A stretch of 64,000 nt of DNA from Octopus vulgaris. Its lineage: Eukaryota. Shown one piece after another: positions 40,266 to 52,838 of this stretch (positions are counted from its first letter, which is position 1; every line of letters starts with the position of its first letter). The stretch covers positions 21,142,001-21,206,000 of the forward strand of contig OX597819.1 of the NCBI GenBank assembly GCA_951406725.2. The letters run 5' to 3'. A model generated the notes under the pieces. That model saw only the letters and a list, made by a program, of their open reading frames with translations, was not told where the DNA came from and searched no databases. Made by a program: the position numbers and the translations under genes.

Positions 40266-41149
40266 ATGTTAGGGTGGTGTGATGGTTGATGAAGGTAAAA
40301 CCAGTTGTTGCTCTAATAAGTAATATCCATCTGCTGCTGTAATATTTGCTGTTGTTCTTGAACAAACGTCGTTGATGCTTTAATGGATTTCTAGTCGAGG
40401 TATGGTTTTCAGTTTAGTGAGTTCGCAGCACAAACTCATGGTTACGTATAAAGTCCCATTGCGCGAAGAATAGTTTATATATGAATGTGGTGGGAGGGAA
40501 TCAATGCAAAAACCCGTGTTATTTGCATACTCAGACATACAGAGAGATACACACAAAGCATTTTATTTTTCCCTTTTGCGAGATCTTAATCTTATTTGCA
40601 AAGACAAAACGAAGTAACTACTTTTGGCTGCATCATGGGAGGCAGAAACAATTTCTAGATCCTGCAGTGCTAAACACTATGTCTATATTATATATTTACA
40701 TAAGCGCAACTATTTACGTACATCCTTACGTACATGCATACATACATACATATATATGCCATCATAGATCGTCAGTCGAAATTGCGAGGATGAACTGGTT
40801 CTTGACTGAAGATTAAAGGCTTCGACTGACCCGTCCGTGTTTTTTGTATCGTCTTCTGGATGTTTTGTGTTCTTGTCCCATTTTGTATATATATATATAT
40901 ATGCATGAGTGGCTTTGCAAAATTAGAGAATGAACTTTTCAAGGGTTTCTGTAATTGTTATAAAAAATGTTTTCTCTCCTTGTTTCTCTCATTGTTTTCT
41001 GTGTCCCTTTCTATAGAAGAGCGTAGGCTCGAAACGTAAAAGACTTTTCCTATTCCTAGGCGTTATACTAATACATCTGTTTGTTTTGCACACTACTTGT
41101 CTTTGTCTTTTGTTGCTTTTTTCGGAAACTCTCCCTATACATATATATA

Positions 41150-41635
41150 ATTCAAAGAGTGTTAGAGGTTGTGAATCCAACCAACTTAGGAATAGTATTT
41201 ATCCAATATACTGCTGGTAGAATACCTAATTAATACACAAGTGTTGGTTATTGCGTGGCAATTACCCTACTAAGTATAATTAGGCGAGGGTAATAAATGG
41301 TTTTATCCTTAATTTATATGGCAAGAAGAAAATGGAGGGAATCCAGAGGTAGTATTCATCAGGTGTTAGACATTATACTATGTCTATTTATTTATTTTAA
41401 ACAGTTCAGATAATATATAAATACATGTGTAAAGTATTAATAGTTTCTAGAATAGAGAAAGAAGAGCATATTCTTACAGCTGTTTCAGCCAAGAGGTCGC
41501 AGTACCCCACATGTTATTTCCATCCTTTCAGTGTACTGTAGTAATGTGTAGATAAAATTTGGGTACTTGGGTGTGCCTCTAGGGTTCGTCAGAGAATTTT
41601 ATAAGATCGTCCAAGTAGTTCCATAGGGATAATTT
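41150..41635 (-). mobile_element. Possible ancient Penelope-like RT N-terminal remnant
   Basis: Minus-strand PKYPNFIYTL..TCGVLRPLG resembles the PLE P.P.FY.LPK.HK...LRPIV region. Confidence 0.3.
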
Positions 41636-41977
41636 ATATATATATATATATATATGCATGTATATATATATATATATGAAGGGGTTTCTATGATTGTGTA
41701 TAGAGGGATATATTATTCAAAGGAATTCCAACTCTGCTTTCTATGTTTTATTTATATTCTTTATAATATTAATGTAGAATATAGAATATATAGTATAAAT
41801 AATATATATATAATAGTTATCGCCATACTAATATGGCATTCTTATAAAAATAAGAAAAAGCTGTCCGCTTATTAGCTCCATGAGGCCATCGCCTTAAGTT
41901 AGCTATTTGATACACAAACTGTATCCATATAACCTTCGAACAAGGGAGGTCAGTCGCTCCACACTACTTGACCGGCA

Positions 41978-42019
41978 GCTACAGACGCGTTTCGGGGTAT
42001 TGCCCCTTTTCAATGCAGC
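41978..42019 (-). ncRNA. Minimal type-I hammerhead ribozyme motif (U3-A8 core)
   Basis: Exact reverse complement of 42300-42341. Confidence 0.7.
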
Positions 42020-42299
42020 GTAGGTTATATGGATACAGTTTGTGTATCAAATAGCTAACTTAAGGCGATGGCCTCATGGAGCTAATAAGCGGACAGCTTT
42101 ATTCTTATTTTTATAAGAATGCCATATTAGTATGGCGATAACTATTATTTTCGGAAACGCTGCCGTTGTTCTCTTTTAGAGAGACTTAGTAATTTTAATA
42201 TTTCTATTATTGAAAACAAGTGGATGTATTCCACCGAAGCTAGGTAAATAAAACCTTCGAACAGAGATTGTCAGAAGCGACACCTACTGGTCTGGCTAC

Positions 42300-42341
42300 G
42301 CTGCATTGAAAAGGGGCAATACCCCGAAACGCGTCTGTAGC
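42300..42341 (+). ncRNA. Minimal type-I hammerhead ribozyme motif (U3-A8 core)
   Basis: Stem I GCUGCA/UGUAGC (one G.U), core UUGAAAA, stem II GGGG-CAAUA-CCCC, GAAA, palindromic ACGCGU and GUC cleavage triplet (cut predicted after 42335). Confidence 0.72.
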
Positions 42342-43329
42342 TGCCGGTCAAGTAGTGTGGAGCGACTGACCTCCCTTGTTCGAAGGTTATATGGATACAG
42401 TTTGTGTATCAAATAGCTAACTTAAGGCGATGGCCTCATGGAGCTAATAAGCGGACAGCTTTATTCTTATTTTTATAAGAATGCCATATTAGTATGGCGA
42501 TAACTATTATTTTCCGGAAACGCTGCCGTTGTTATCTTTTAGAGAGACTTAGTAATTTTAATATTTCTATAATATATATATAGTAAAATGAAATGAAGTA
42601 TCGATTGTCTTATTGAATAAATGAAATGTTGAATATAAAATATTAGGGGACTAGTATACTTTCATGCGTTATAGCAGTCTTCGAGGTCCCAGGTTGTGAC
42701 AGGAGTGTTTCAACTGTGTTTGACTGACTGTCTATTGTCATTTACATATATATGTACGACGAACGTCTTTCAATTTTCGTCTACCAATTTCGTTCACAAG
42801 GCTTTGATCTGCTTGAAGTTATAGTAGAAGACACTTGCTCAAGATGACATGCACTGAAACTGAACCCAGAACCATGTGATTGGGAAGCAAGCCTCTTACC
42901 ACAAAGCCACAACACCTTTAACTGGATACATATCTATTAATTTATCTGGCCAACAATTTATACACAATATACGTAGCTTTCTTTACAACCATCTAAGTAG
43001 CTCCATTTACATGTGTCCGTCTACCTACAGATATATCTGTCTGTCATCTGTCTGCATATTAATCAGTTAAGGATATACATTATATATTTATTGTCTGTAT
43101 CAATTATAAAGTTGGATGCTACCATATTTAGTGCAACTGCTAACCGGATGTTGATTACATGTCAGGTGGCAGTCAGACGTGACTAGCACGAACAATAATA
43201 ACGAGAATAGATTTAAAGTTATTGGCATCCACTTTTGAAATATGGACATAATTTTAAGACGTCACATCTAATCAGTATGTTGTTAAAAGGCATAAATAAT
43301 ATAATTAATAATAATAAAATAATAATAAC

Positions 43330-43382
<53 letters not shown>

Positions 43383-43779
43383 TAAGCAGCAACAACAACA
43401 AAGAAAAAGCATTAATCTCACATAAGCACAGAGTCTGAAAGTTCTCTTCTTTGCCTCAGGGTATCTAGAAGTGTATATATATATATATATATATATATAT
43501 CCAAATAGATGCCTCCGCAGTTATGAGATACGCTTTGAAACCATGTGGTAACAAGTTCAATCTCACTGTGCGGTACCTAAGCAACGTGCCTTCTTCCATA
43601 GCCCCAGGTCGACCAATGGCTTGGGGATGAATTTCAGAAGCGGACACTGTGTAAGCCCAATGTTTACACACATATATGTGTGTGTGTTTGTGTGTTTGTG
43701 TGCGAATGTGTTTGTGTGTATTTGTGTATGTTTGTACGTATGTATATATACATACAGATAACCGTAAACAATACCTACC

Positions 43780-44140
43780 ACTCTACAAACCTCCAATCCC
43801 TCTCATCTCATGCTCAACAATCAATCTGCGATACCTTACTCTCAATCCCTTGACCTTCGGCTGCAGAACACCATTGGTTCGGATTTTGAATCTCGATATA
43901 ATTCTTCCTGAATCGGGGTGAACCCACGATCAGTTGAGAACCATGCACTACACCGGCCTCAGGACATCGACCGTGCCAATGCTCTGCTATTGTCGTCTCT
44001 ATGCATCTCTATAAATCTTCTTCCACTCTCTCACCCCACGGATATATAATCAAAAAGTGGCGGAACGAACGATTTATCATATTCCAACTTGACACCCTTT
44101 CACCGTCATGTTTAAAAGAACCATGTTCATTCTACTTCTA
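43780..44140 (+). mobile_element. Penelope-like GIY-YIG C-terminal remnant
   Basis: KWRNERFIIFQLDTLSPSCLKEPCSF resembles the PLE terminal R..E..IF.L.TL.P.GLN..FSF motif. Confidence 0.55.
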
Positions 44141-44234
44141 CACCTCTTCATTCCTCAACACGTTTCTCACCTTTCCATACTATTATTATTATTATTTTTT
44201 TTTTTTTTTTTTTTTTTTCAATCCTTTTTTTTTT

Positions 44235-44700
44235 GTCTCTACAGAGATGACACTCTGGCCATCTCTTGTGGAGGCAACGGTCATACATTTGATAGGCTTA
44301 CGAAGGACGTATTTAGTACTCTTAGCTGCATGGGACTTGAGATACCAATCGAGACCAATCTCACCATAGTAAATTTTTTAACTTTATGTTAGACCTGAGC
44401 TCCTGTTCTCATAGACACTTCAGCAAACCAAGCGAGAGACTGTCCTACATGAACACAGCCTCCTACTATCCACTTATCATATTCAGAAATATAGTGAAGT
44501 CAAGAGACTTTCAAAGCAGCGGCTCCTTATTACAACGAGGCTTTTGGTGTCAAGTGAGTTTAAGGACTGCATCTCCTGTATACCGGATTTTGTCACCCGT
44601 AAAAGGAAGCACCACCGTAATGTTGTTTGGTTTTCAATACCAACCTTTCCCAATGTTGAAACATGCGTGGGAAGAATATTCCTTAGACAGGGAGGCAAAG
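44235..44700 (+). mobile_element. Penelope-like RT C-terminal remnant
   Basis: LYRDDTLAI..NGHTFDRLTKDVF..GLEIPIETNLTIVNFL, LDL..FSKPSERLSYMNTASYYP and RKRKHHRNVVWFS.P.FPNVETCVGRIFL are typical PLE RT/thumb motifs. Confidence 0.8.
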
Positions 44701-44764
44701 AATCCAGTCACACAAATACAATCGTTTGTTTAATGTGGCATCCTTCATTTGCGCGCCCAACATT

Positions 44765-45335
44765 AAGAAACTTTTAATGAGCACATTGTGGATAACCTCG
44801 AGACCAGTATCGAAGATTCTGTCTGTTGAATTCACCATTTACATAAAACGTAGCTTCATCACTGAACAATTCAAAGTTTTTAGTAAAATTGATATTTTCA
44901 TCCAATTTATTAAAAAAACCATTCGCACATCTGCATTCGTCTATCAGGGTCATCTCCATTTAAGTGATGCAGTATCTGTAGTTTGTATGGATGACACTTT
45001 TCTTCAACCAAGATTTTGTGGATGGTTTATTATGGAACACCTGGATATCCGACGAAGTGATTTCTTTGGGCTAGCAGAAACCTTGGGCATGACAGCCTCT
45101 TTCGTTTCATCTGAAGTCTCTGGTCGCCCGGAACGGGGTTTATCCAAAACACTGCCTGTTTCTTTAAACTTCTTGATCAATTTGGGTGTCGAAGATTAAA
45201 TTCTTCCGCAGTTTTGCGATAAGACCATCCCTCTCGTCCACTTAAGAGTACTAACTCGATTCTTTCTTCTTTAGACAGAGCCATCATTCGATCTGGGATT
45301 CTTTCTTCTTTAGACACAGCCATCATTCGATGCGG
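44765..45335 (-). mobile_element. Tc1/mariner-superfamily transposase relic (N-terminal half)
   Basis: MALSKEERIELVLLSGREGWSYRKTAEEFN, KFKETGSVLDKPRSGRP and LFSDEATFYVNGEFNRQNLRYWS. Confidence 0.88.
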
Positions 45336-45840
45336 GTAGAAAAAATAACATAAGTTCAGAAAGGTATATATATTTTTTGATTTAGTTTAAACAAAAGTAA
45401 AAAAAGGAAAATTATTATTTCTTATATTTAATTGTTTATGTTATGATTTTATTTACCCAGACTTTATGGACAACGTGTATTTTATCGAACTCAGAAGCAA
45501 CTTGATTTCGGCTGGAATTGAACAGATCTCTTTGACGCTCTAATGATTCTGTCAACCGATACACGACAACGTGAAAAGCAACAACGATAACGACGTTGGT
45601 CTTGCATACTCTGATTATATAATTTGATAATACCTGCTGAGGTGATTGCATGAAAAGCCAACTGCTACCTGCTCATGTTACTTACAATGGTGCCACTGAT
45701 CGCTAGATTGGTTTAAATATACTAATGTGCATTAAGTAGATTACGGTTAGAAGCAAGGTGTACATAATGATGCCTGCGCATCTGATATTACTGGCGTGAT
45801 GTAGTCGATTAGAGTGAACGAAAGAAAGAAAGAGAGAGAG

Positions 45841-45877
<37 letters not shown>

Positions 45878-45977
45878 TTGAGATTGCGTCACCCAGGAAA
45901 CTGATGAGGACACTGTGAAGTATCATAAGAGGCAAAATTTTATCTGTCTTTTTATCGAAACAACAATTACTGAAAAA

Positions 45978-46058
<81 letters not shown>

Positions 46059-46191
46059 CAGCAGCAGCAGTAGTAGCAGCAACAGTAGTAGTATTTTATA
46101 GGACTGAGGTAACTCCTCCAGTTAGCATACAGAAGCAACAAAAAAGAGTGCCATTGTTATCAAGTGAATGATATTTCGGCATCTAGCCTTA

Positions 46192-46250
<59 letters not shown>

Positions 46251-46780
46251 GAGTGGGAGAGCAGTGCATGCCATCAAAGTGGCACTAGGGTTAAATTACG
46301 AAGTCTCAGTATACCCAACATGACTATCAGTCTCATAAGGTTACACCAAGTATATGAATTACAACCATACGTGCGCGACATGATGAACTGATATCAAGAG
46401 AAACAAGCGTATGACCTTGCAGAGGGTGCCCAGTTAGAATTTCCTTTATGTTGAGTAGCCCATTCCGCTCAAAAGGTCACTGAATAAGGATTATTTGAGA
46501 TTGTTGAAGGAAACCTGCATGTTTCCAGGGAGAAATTCTTCCTTTCAACATATGGCTACAATGTTCCCTTACTACTTCTGCTCGTATTCAGAGATGCAGA
46601 TATTATTGTCAGCCACCAAGGAATATGCCCAACTGGTTAAGTTCAAACAATTGTTAAGCAAATCTATAATGTTGAGCAGAATATTTGCTGTAGACCACCT
46701 TTTACAACAAGACCAAACATATAGATGAGAACACTTCCAATCAGTTAAGATGATAATCCATGAGAACGAGTGCGTGGTAC
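46251..46780. mobile_element. Non-coding insert of about 530 bp between two (ATT)n tracts, probable interspersed repeat
   Basis: Sharp boundaries with (ATT)n at 46195-46250 and 46783-46831. It resembles a recurrent octopus repeat (recollection only). Confidence 0.5.
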
Positions 46781-46782
46781 TA

Positions 46783-46829
<47 letters not shown>

Positions 46830-46834
<5 letters not shown>

Positions 46835-47000
46835 TCCGTCTTCGCGAGGTCAGAGTAATTTTTTCAATCGTGTTTCTTTGTTCGCGGACAAAAATTTCAA
46901 GAACCGCTGGCTGGATTCGGAAGAAACTTTAAGGGATATTCTGCGGCCCTAGAACTTTGATTAAAAGCAAAACCAAGAGGGTATCGAAAATGCTCGCTTT
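46830..47000 (+). mobile_element. Possible Helentron-associated (HINE/DINE-like) fragment
   Basis: Starts TTACCTCCGTCTTCGCGAGGT and contains GCTGGCTGGATTCGGAAGAAACTTT, similar to GGATTT.GATGAAACTT cores (compare 30590-30606). Confidence 0.4.
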
Positions 47001-47779
47001 TCTTAACTTGGCATTCCATTCAAATAATATGAAAATAAAAAAAAATTAACTAAAATTAACTAGAAAAAAATAATTAAAAAATATTCCAAAATGATTCAAA
47101 AATAGAATTCCCGAAAAAAATATATTCCAAAATTTAAAACCGCAATAAATTCCAAAATTTAAAAAAAAACAACGGGAACTTAGTTGCCAACCCAATATTA
47201 CAACGCATTACTCGGCCCGAGAATCGAAACAGCGGTTTTACTACTTTACGGCAGCAGTCTACCAAGTTGGTCACGCGCCTTTGTGTTTGGATGAGAAGAT
47301 TTTTTTAAATCAGAAAAAAAAGTTGGATTATATACATGAGCGTGACATTATATGTTGATTAATAAAAATGTTCGTGCTGTGAATAAATTATGATGACGTT
47401 TATGGTATTGTTATATCTAACAAATAAACATATTTTAATATTCAAAATGTCATTTTAGACATAATCTTTCACCGCTCTTTAGTGACATCCTTACTGCTAC
47501 CTGAGGAATTCCGCTCAAAACTACACTTCGCTGATATTGTATAATAATACTGAAACACGCACGGATTTATCTCCTTTAATCTGCAGAAATGGTTCGGAGA
47601 CTGTTAGTCATTATATCAACGCTATTGTCTCCTTACATTATTGTTATATGCTGGGGGGGGGGGGGGGCTAAATTTGACAGTTTCCATAAAAGAAAAGAGA
47701 ACATAATATCCCATCTGAAAATTAATGTATGTTAAAAAAAATCAAAATATAGCAACCTGAAGTATGGCTGGAGTATAGC

Positions 47780-48400
47780 AATGTACTCAATGTAGCCGCA
47801 CTCAGCTACTACTATGTCCTCGTGATAGCTCCGAAATCTGGCGCTTGCATTCCTACCGGTGTCCTTCAGAAGATTTTTTAAACTCCTCTTTCATTTTGGC
47901 CACCAGTTCAGCCTTGGTGTTGCAGGCAGAGCTCTTAGTGTCTTACTCAACCGTGCCCCACACATAGTAATTATGATCAAGGAAGTAGAAGGTCAGAAAT
48001 CGAGGCCGATGTATCCGTAGAAATTCTCTGACAACCATTTCTAATGCACTCGTGAATAATGGCTGCTGCATATATGGCATTGCAGTAGCAATCGCCACCA
48101 GTCAATGATTCAACACGATCTCCAGCAGCTTCACATAGCCATCTGAATTTGACTTAAGGCTTACTCAACGATCTGAGGAGAAACTTCTGCGTGCGCTCGC
48201 AGTCAGAACGCCTAGTGTGACCCTTGCTGGTAGCAACAGATTCGTAGTCTGCGTTGCACCTGTCCATATCAGGTCTTACAACAGCCTTTAAATTGTGCGC
48301 AGAACATTCAGCAACAGCCATGATGTTGATGTTTTGATACTCGACGCGAATACTCATGACACAGGTAACTCGTTTTAAATATTCAGATGGCTTTCACTGC
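47780..48400 (-). mobile_element. maT/DD37D-like transposase relic
   Basis: Minus-strand YYVWGTVE*DTKSSACNTKAELVAKMKEEFKNLLKDTGRNASARFRSYHEDIVVAECGYIE, with upstream NSDGYVKLLE. Confidence 0.8.
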
Positions 48401-50664
48401 ATCATCTTTGCGGTTACTCAACTATAACTATATTTTTTATGCTCTCCATATTTGTTGGATGTTCAACAATAAATCAAACTGTTACTGAATATAGGAGGCA
48501 TAAAATATCGTCTCATTTATTCCGAAGACCCAATGAAATTATATCTTTGGTGCGTTGCATTAAACTGTTGCGGCTCGAGAGGAAAATTGCATGAGAGTAG
48601 ATTTTCAATGCTCGAAGTTTAGTCCATGATATGACAATTCCATAATCATACTCTGAATATGTTATATAAGGATTCTTCTCTGACGTCAACAGCTTCGCTT
48701 TTCATTAGACCCGTCATATATGAACCTAAGCTGTATACGTCTTGGGTATTTTAGATATCTACATGTGGGCTACATGTTAGGAATGTCAGTATTTCGTTAC
48801 ATAAAAACGTGGAGATTATTGTGCGCATTCTCTTCATATATAATCGCGAAAACTACTATCATTATTTCCGTCATCTTCCGCATCACCGATTTTATCATTT
48901 TACATCTTTTACAACGTCACTACAATAACCACACCCATTACGCCATCATCATCGATATCATCATCAACGTCATCGATTATCTACATAAAACAACTCCAAC
49001 ATTATCCCCTCACTACACCAACATCAGCATCATGGTCGTGATCCTGATTAGCATCATCGTCATCATCATCATCATCATCAACGACAACAACAGTAGTAAC
49101 ATCAGCAATATTAAAGAAATCCCTAATCGGACTCATCGTCGGAATCACCACCATCATCACCATCATCATCATCATCGTCGTCGTCATCACAACCTTAACA
49201 ACAGGCTAAGTAAAATAGCTTCACGACATAATGCTCACTCGAATACACACAACTATACTCTAAACTGAGTATTGAGTACGTCTACTTTTCCTGCCAAACA
49301 CGACGCAACCATTATTTATCATGTGTATGAAAGCATTTATCCGTGCATATATGTATATATGTATGTATATATGTGTGTAAATATATACGTGCGAATAGCA
49401 TATTTTAAATGACCACAAACGTGATAAAATAAAATACATACATTTTCTGTTCTATTGTGGCATACCTCGTTGCTCGCTCTTGAGAGAAACAGCATATACA
49501 CTATAATTATGTATGAATAGAACCTGGCAGCATTAAAAGAGAGAAAAAAAGTATTCTCACCACCGCTACTAATACTATTACTACGCCAAATAATGTTGTA
49601 GGTGTTTTTGCTTTTGCCACTATCATTATCCTTAAAAATATTGTTATTATAATTTTATTGTTTTCTTTTTTTTTCATTTGTCTTTGCTGATGTTGTTGTT
49701 GTTAGTGATGCTGTTGTCGTCGTTGTTATTGAATTTACTGGCGCTTTAAGCCAGTGCTCGCCTGCCACTTATGTATTCAACAATTCACAACACCCTGTTC
49801 AGTTTCTGTAACATCGATATTCAATTTACACAACTTTGATGAAATATTGCAGAAATATTGACGCAATCCACTTTTGTTTAGCAGAGAATAAACATAGTGA
49901 AAACACACCATTATCAACTGAGCCGTTGGCTGCTATCAAACTGGCCCTACATTTTGCTGCAGATAGAATTTATTCACTTATAGTATAACATTCTATAAAT
50001 CTTCTATAAAGCCTTCAGGTTGAACTAAATGTGATGTTTTTCTTTCTCTTTCTTTCCCACTCTCTCTCTCTCTCTCGTTTTTCCTTCTCTCTCTTCTTCC
50101 TCATAATCTCTCTATCTCTCTATTTCTCTCTCTCTCTCTCTCTTTCCCCCCTCTAAAATGGTGCATAACTAACTCAAAATTATTTAGTGCAGGCTCAATG
50201 ATAAAATATTATTTTGCCAGGAGTAACAACATTCATGCAAGAGGCTACTACTACTACTACTACTACGACGACGACGACGACGACGATGACGACGATTAAT
50301 ACTAATAAAAATAAGAACAACAACAATAATAAAGAGCTGTAACTGTGGTCAACAGAGAATGGGGAACATTAGCAAATGGCGATCTTAAGTACTATGGCCA
50401 AATACTAGGAACCTATAACTATCAGAAAAACGAATTGTTCCTGAGGAAAACAGTGTCATTATGGGCATAATCGGTTAAAAGTCTTCCGAAACAGAAAACA
50501 TAAATCTACCGGAATCTTAATACACATGATTTTGTCTCATCTTCCTTCAGTTTTACAATGCTAATCGTAAAAAAAACTCCCACAGTAAGTCGTCTAAGTT
50601 GAGGCCTCTGGGTTAGACTTACTTCAGTTCGTATGACGCAGGGGAGCAAACAACAAAATTGATG

Positions 50665-50710
<46 letters not shown>

Positions 50711-50712
50711 TA

Positions 50713-50878
50713 ACATATAACATACAGAAAATTGCACTACTAGGCACTGCACACATCCTACGCAGAACACTTTCCATACAATAACCATCAGAGCATCACA
50801 ACAAATCACAGCACATACCCAAGGCACACAGAGCTGCGCTCGGTAGTGAAGTGAAAGCACGCTATAAAAATAAAACTA

Positions 50879-50881
<3 letters not shown>
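50713..50881 (+). mobile_element. Extreme 3' stub of an R4/Dong-type LINE inside (AAT)n
   Basis: NIQKIALLGTAHILRRTLSIQ* (compare IQKIVLIRTAHILRKILSM* at 20590-20648) plus a distinct 3' UTR. (AAT)n lies on both sides. Confidence 0.85.
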
Positions 50882-50941
<60 letters not shown>

Positions 50942-52838
50942 AACAGCAACAATAATGAATGCCTTCTAAGTTATGCAAAAAAAATATATTGATATGATAT
51001 GCGGTAGATGGTTGGAAAGGATATGAAAAAAGAGATAGAGTGCGATGGGCATAAAAGGTGAAGAAAGAAAGAAAAAAGGTGTGGAAGAGAATAGAAAGAT
51101 GAAAAGTGGGGGAGATATAGTGGTTGAGATGAGAAATAAGGAAGGAAACGCAGGTTAGAAAATAAATGATTAAGAAATTAGGACAGGAGTGAAAAATATG
51201 TCATAACTGTCATGAGGTCACCTCAGTGTTGATATAATGGCAAATCGATCTGATAAGTATTAGAGTTAGAACAAATAAATAGAAAAACATAGTTGAAAGA
51301 GAAGGATTTTCCTTTCGTACTAAGTAACTTTGGCGAGTATCGTGATAGTATATGTATAGTAGCAAATGGCTGAATATGGTCAAATATTGGAGGAGAACAA
51401 CAAGTTAAATAGAAAAAAGAAATGAAGAAAGTGACGTCAAAAATGCATGAAATGAATTGAATATTAGAAGATACTTACTTAAAAAAAAGAATAATAAATT
51501 TGCCTCGAAAAGATAAGACAAAAATAAGAAAGAAACAAGAAAAGACAAACTAAGCAAACAAAGATTGTCGATTTTGTCAGGTACTTATTAACTGAAAATA
51601 AGAAATGTTAAGAGTTAAGATTCTTTCTTTATCAATTAAAACGCAGACAAGGCAGACAAACGATTAATCGGGTAGTTCTATTATTCTTGTGATAGTGTAT
51701 GTGTTATAATAGTCAGTAGGAATTTGACGCTTCGATGAAGCAAATAGAAAATTGACGCTAAGACGTAACCGGGGCACCAGTATATATTTTAGCGGAGTTC
51801 TGCGGTTTATTCTTCCCGGGTTTTACTTATCCAGCTCAAATGAATAACCAGGGCCTCTCGAATCCTCTTATGTTTCGTCAGCGATATTATTATTATATCA
51901 AGCGTATATTATGAATCGCTTATATTTATTTTTTTTGTTTTCCTTTCAATATAAATAAAATATAAATGACTTGACAATTTACGGCTGTCGCTTTGTATTA
52001 TGTCGTTATTCCACAATCAACTCGACCCCTACTTTACCTATAACTCTTATTTCGATGGATCCTGTATCCCTGGAATTTACGTCAGAGTTTAGCTCTCGGG
52101 TTTGTTCGATCACTTATTGTACATTTGCACCTTCCATTAAGATTCTCTTCTTACTTAACACACACACACACACACATACCTGTTATAAAAGATAAAATGA
52201 GTGCACAATTAATGCTGGTATACAGTTGTAAGACGTGTCATATGGAAAAAGTGAAATTGCGTATATTCTATATCAATAAGCGAGACAAACTAAGGTGCAT
52301 TTATTTGTATTATTTATAAACACTAATGTTTCGTGTTGCTCTTTTCTCGGCAGGTGTCACAAAGGATAATTACATCATAGAATAAGTAATCTAGTTTGAA
52401 AAACAATAACAAATATTAACATTATTTATTAACATGTTTTTTTCTCGTGACTTCAAGATATTGTTTTTGACTCTCCCGCATGCTTTTTTAAATTTCTCCT
52501 TTCCGCTATCTATTTTTTATGTTTATTTTTATTTCTTTTTCTTATTCTTCTTTGTCACTTTGAGGATTGTCTTTTCTTAACCGTTATTTTTTCTGATACG
52601 CAATACTCGAAGGATCAAAAGACGAAAATATTCAGGAATGTATAAAATAAAAAAGAAGGCAATGAGGAATTATTTATTTCCATTAGTTTATTTGGAAGGT
52701 TTGGTGTGGAAGAAGAAGTCTATGGCACAATTTCAATTAAGAGAGTATATTACGAAATGTTGGAGATTAACCGCTAATATATGAACTAGAGACGACCTCG
52801 GCGAATTTGTGCGTAGCTACATGACTTCTTATTCCAAT

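Larger units (their letters stand above)
41810..42570. mobile_element. Penelope-type pseudo-LTR array (inverted, partial and full copy)
   Basis: 41810-42022 is the reverse complement of about 42296-42510. 42022-42208 is a forward copy of 42384-42570. The full unit is about 42210-42570, and TA-rich sequence flanks the array. Confidence 0.88.

Noticed and set aside
39677-40289. Long Ser/Thr-, Lys- or Val-rich ORFs
   Set aside because: They are translations of trinucleotide microsatellites.
48720-49268. 182-aa His/Ile-rich ORF
   Set aside because: The frame is kept open by a decayed (CAT)n tract, and it has a TTG start and no recognisable domain.
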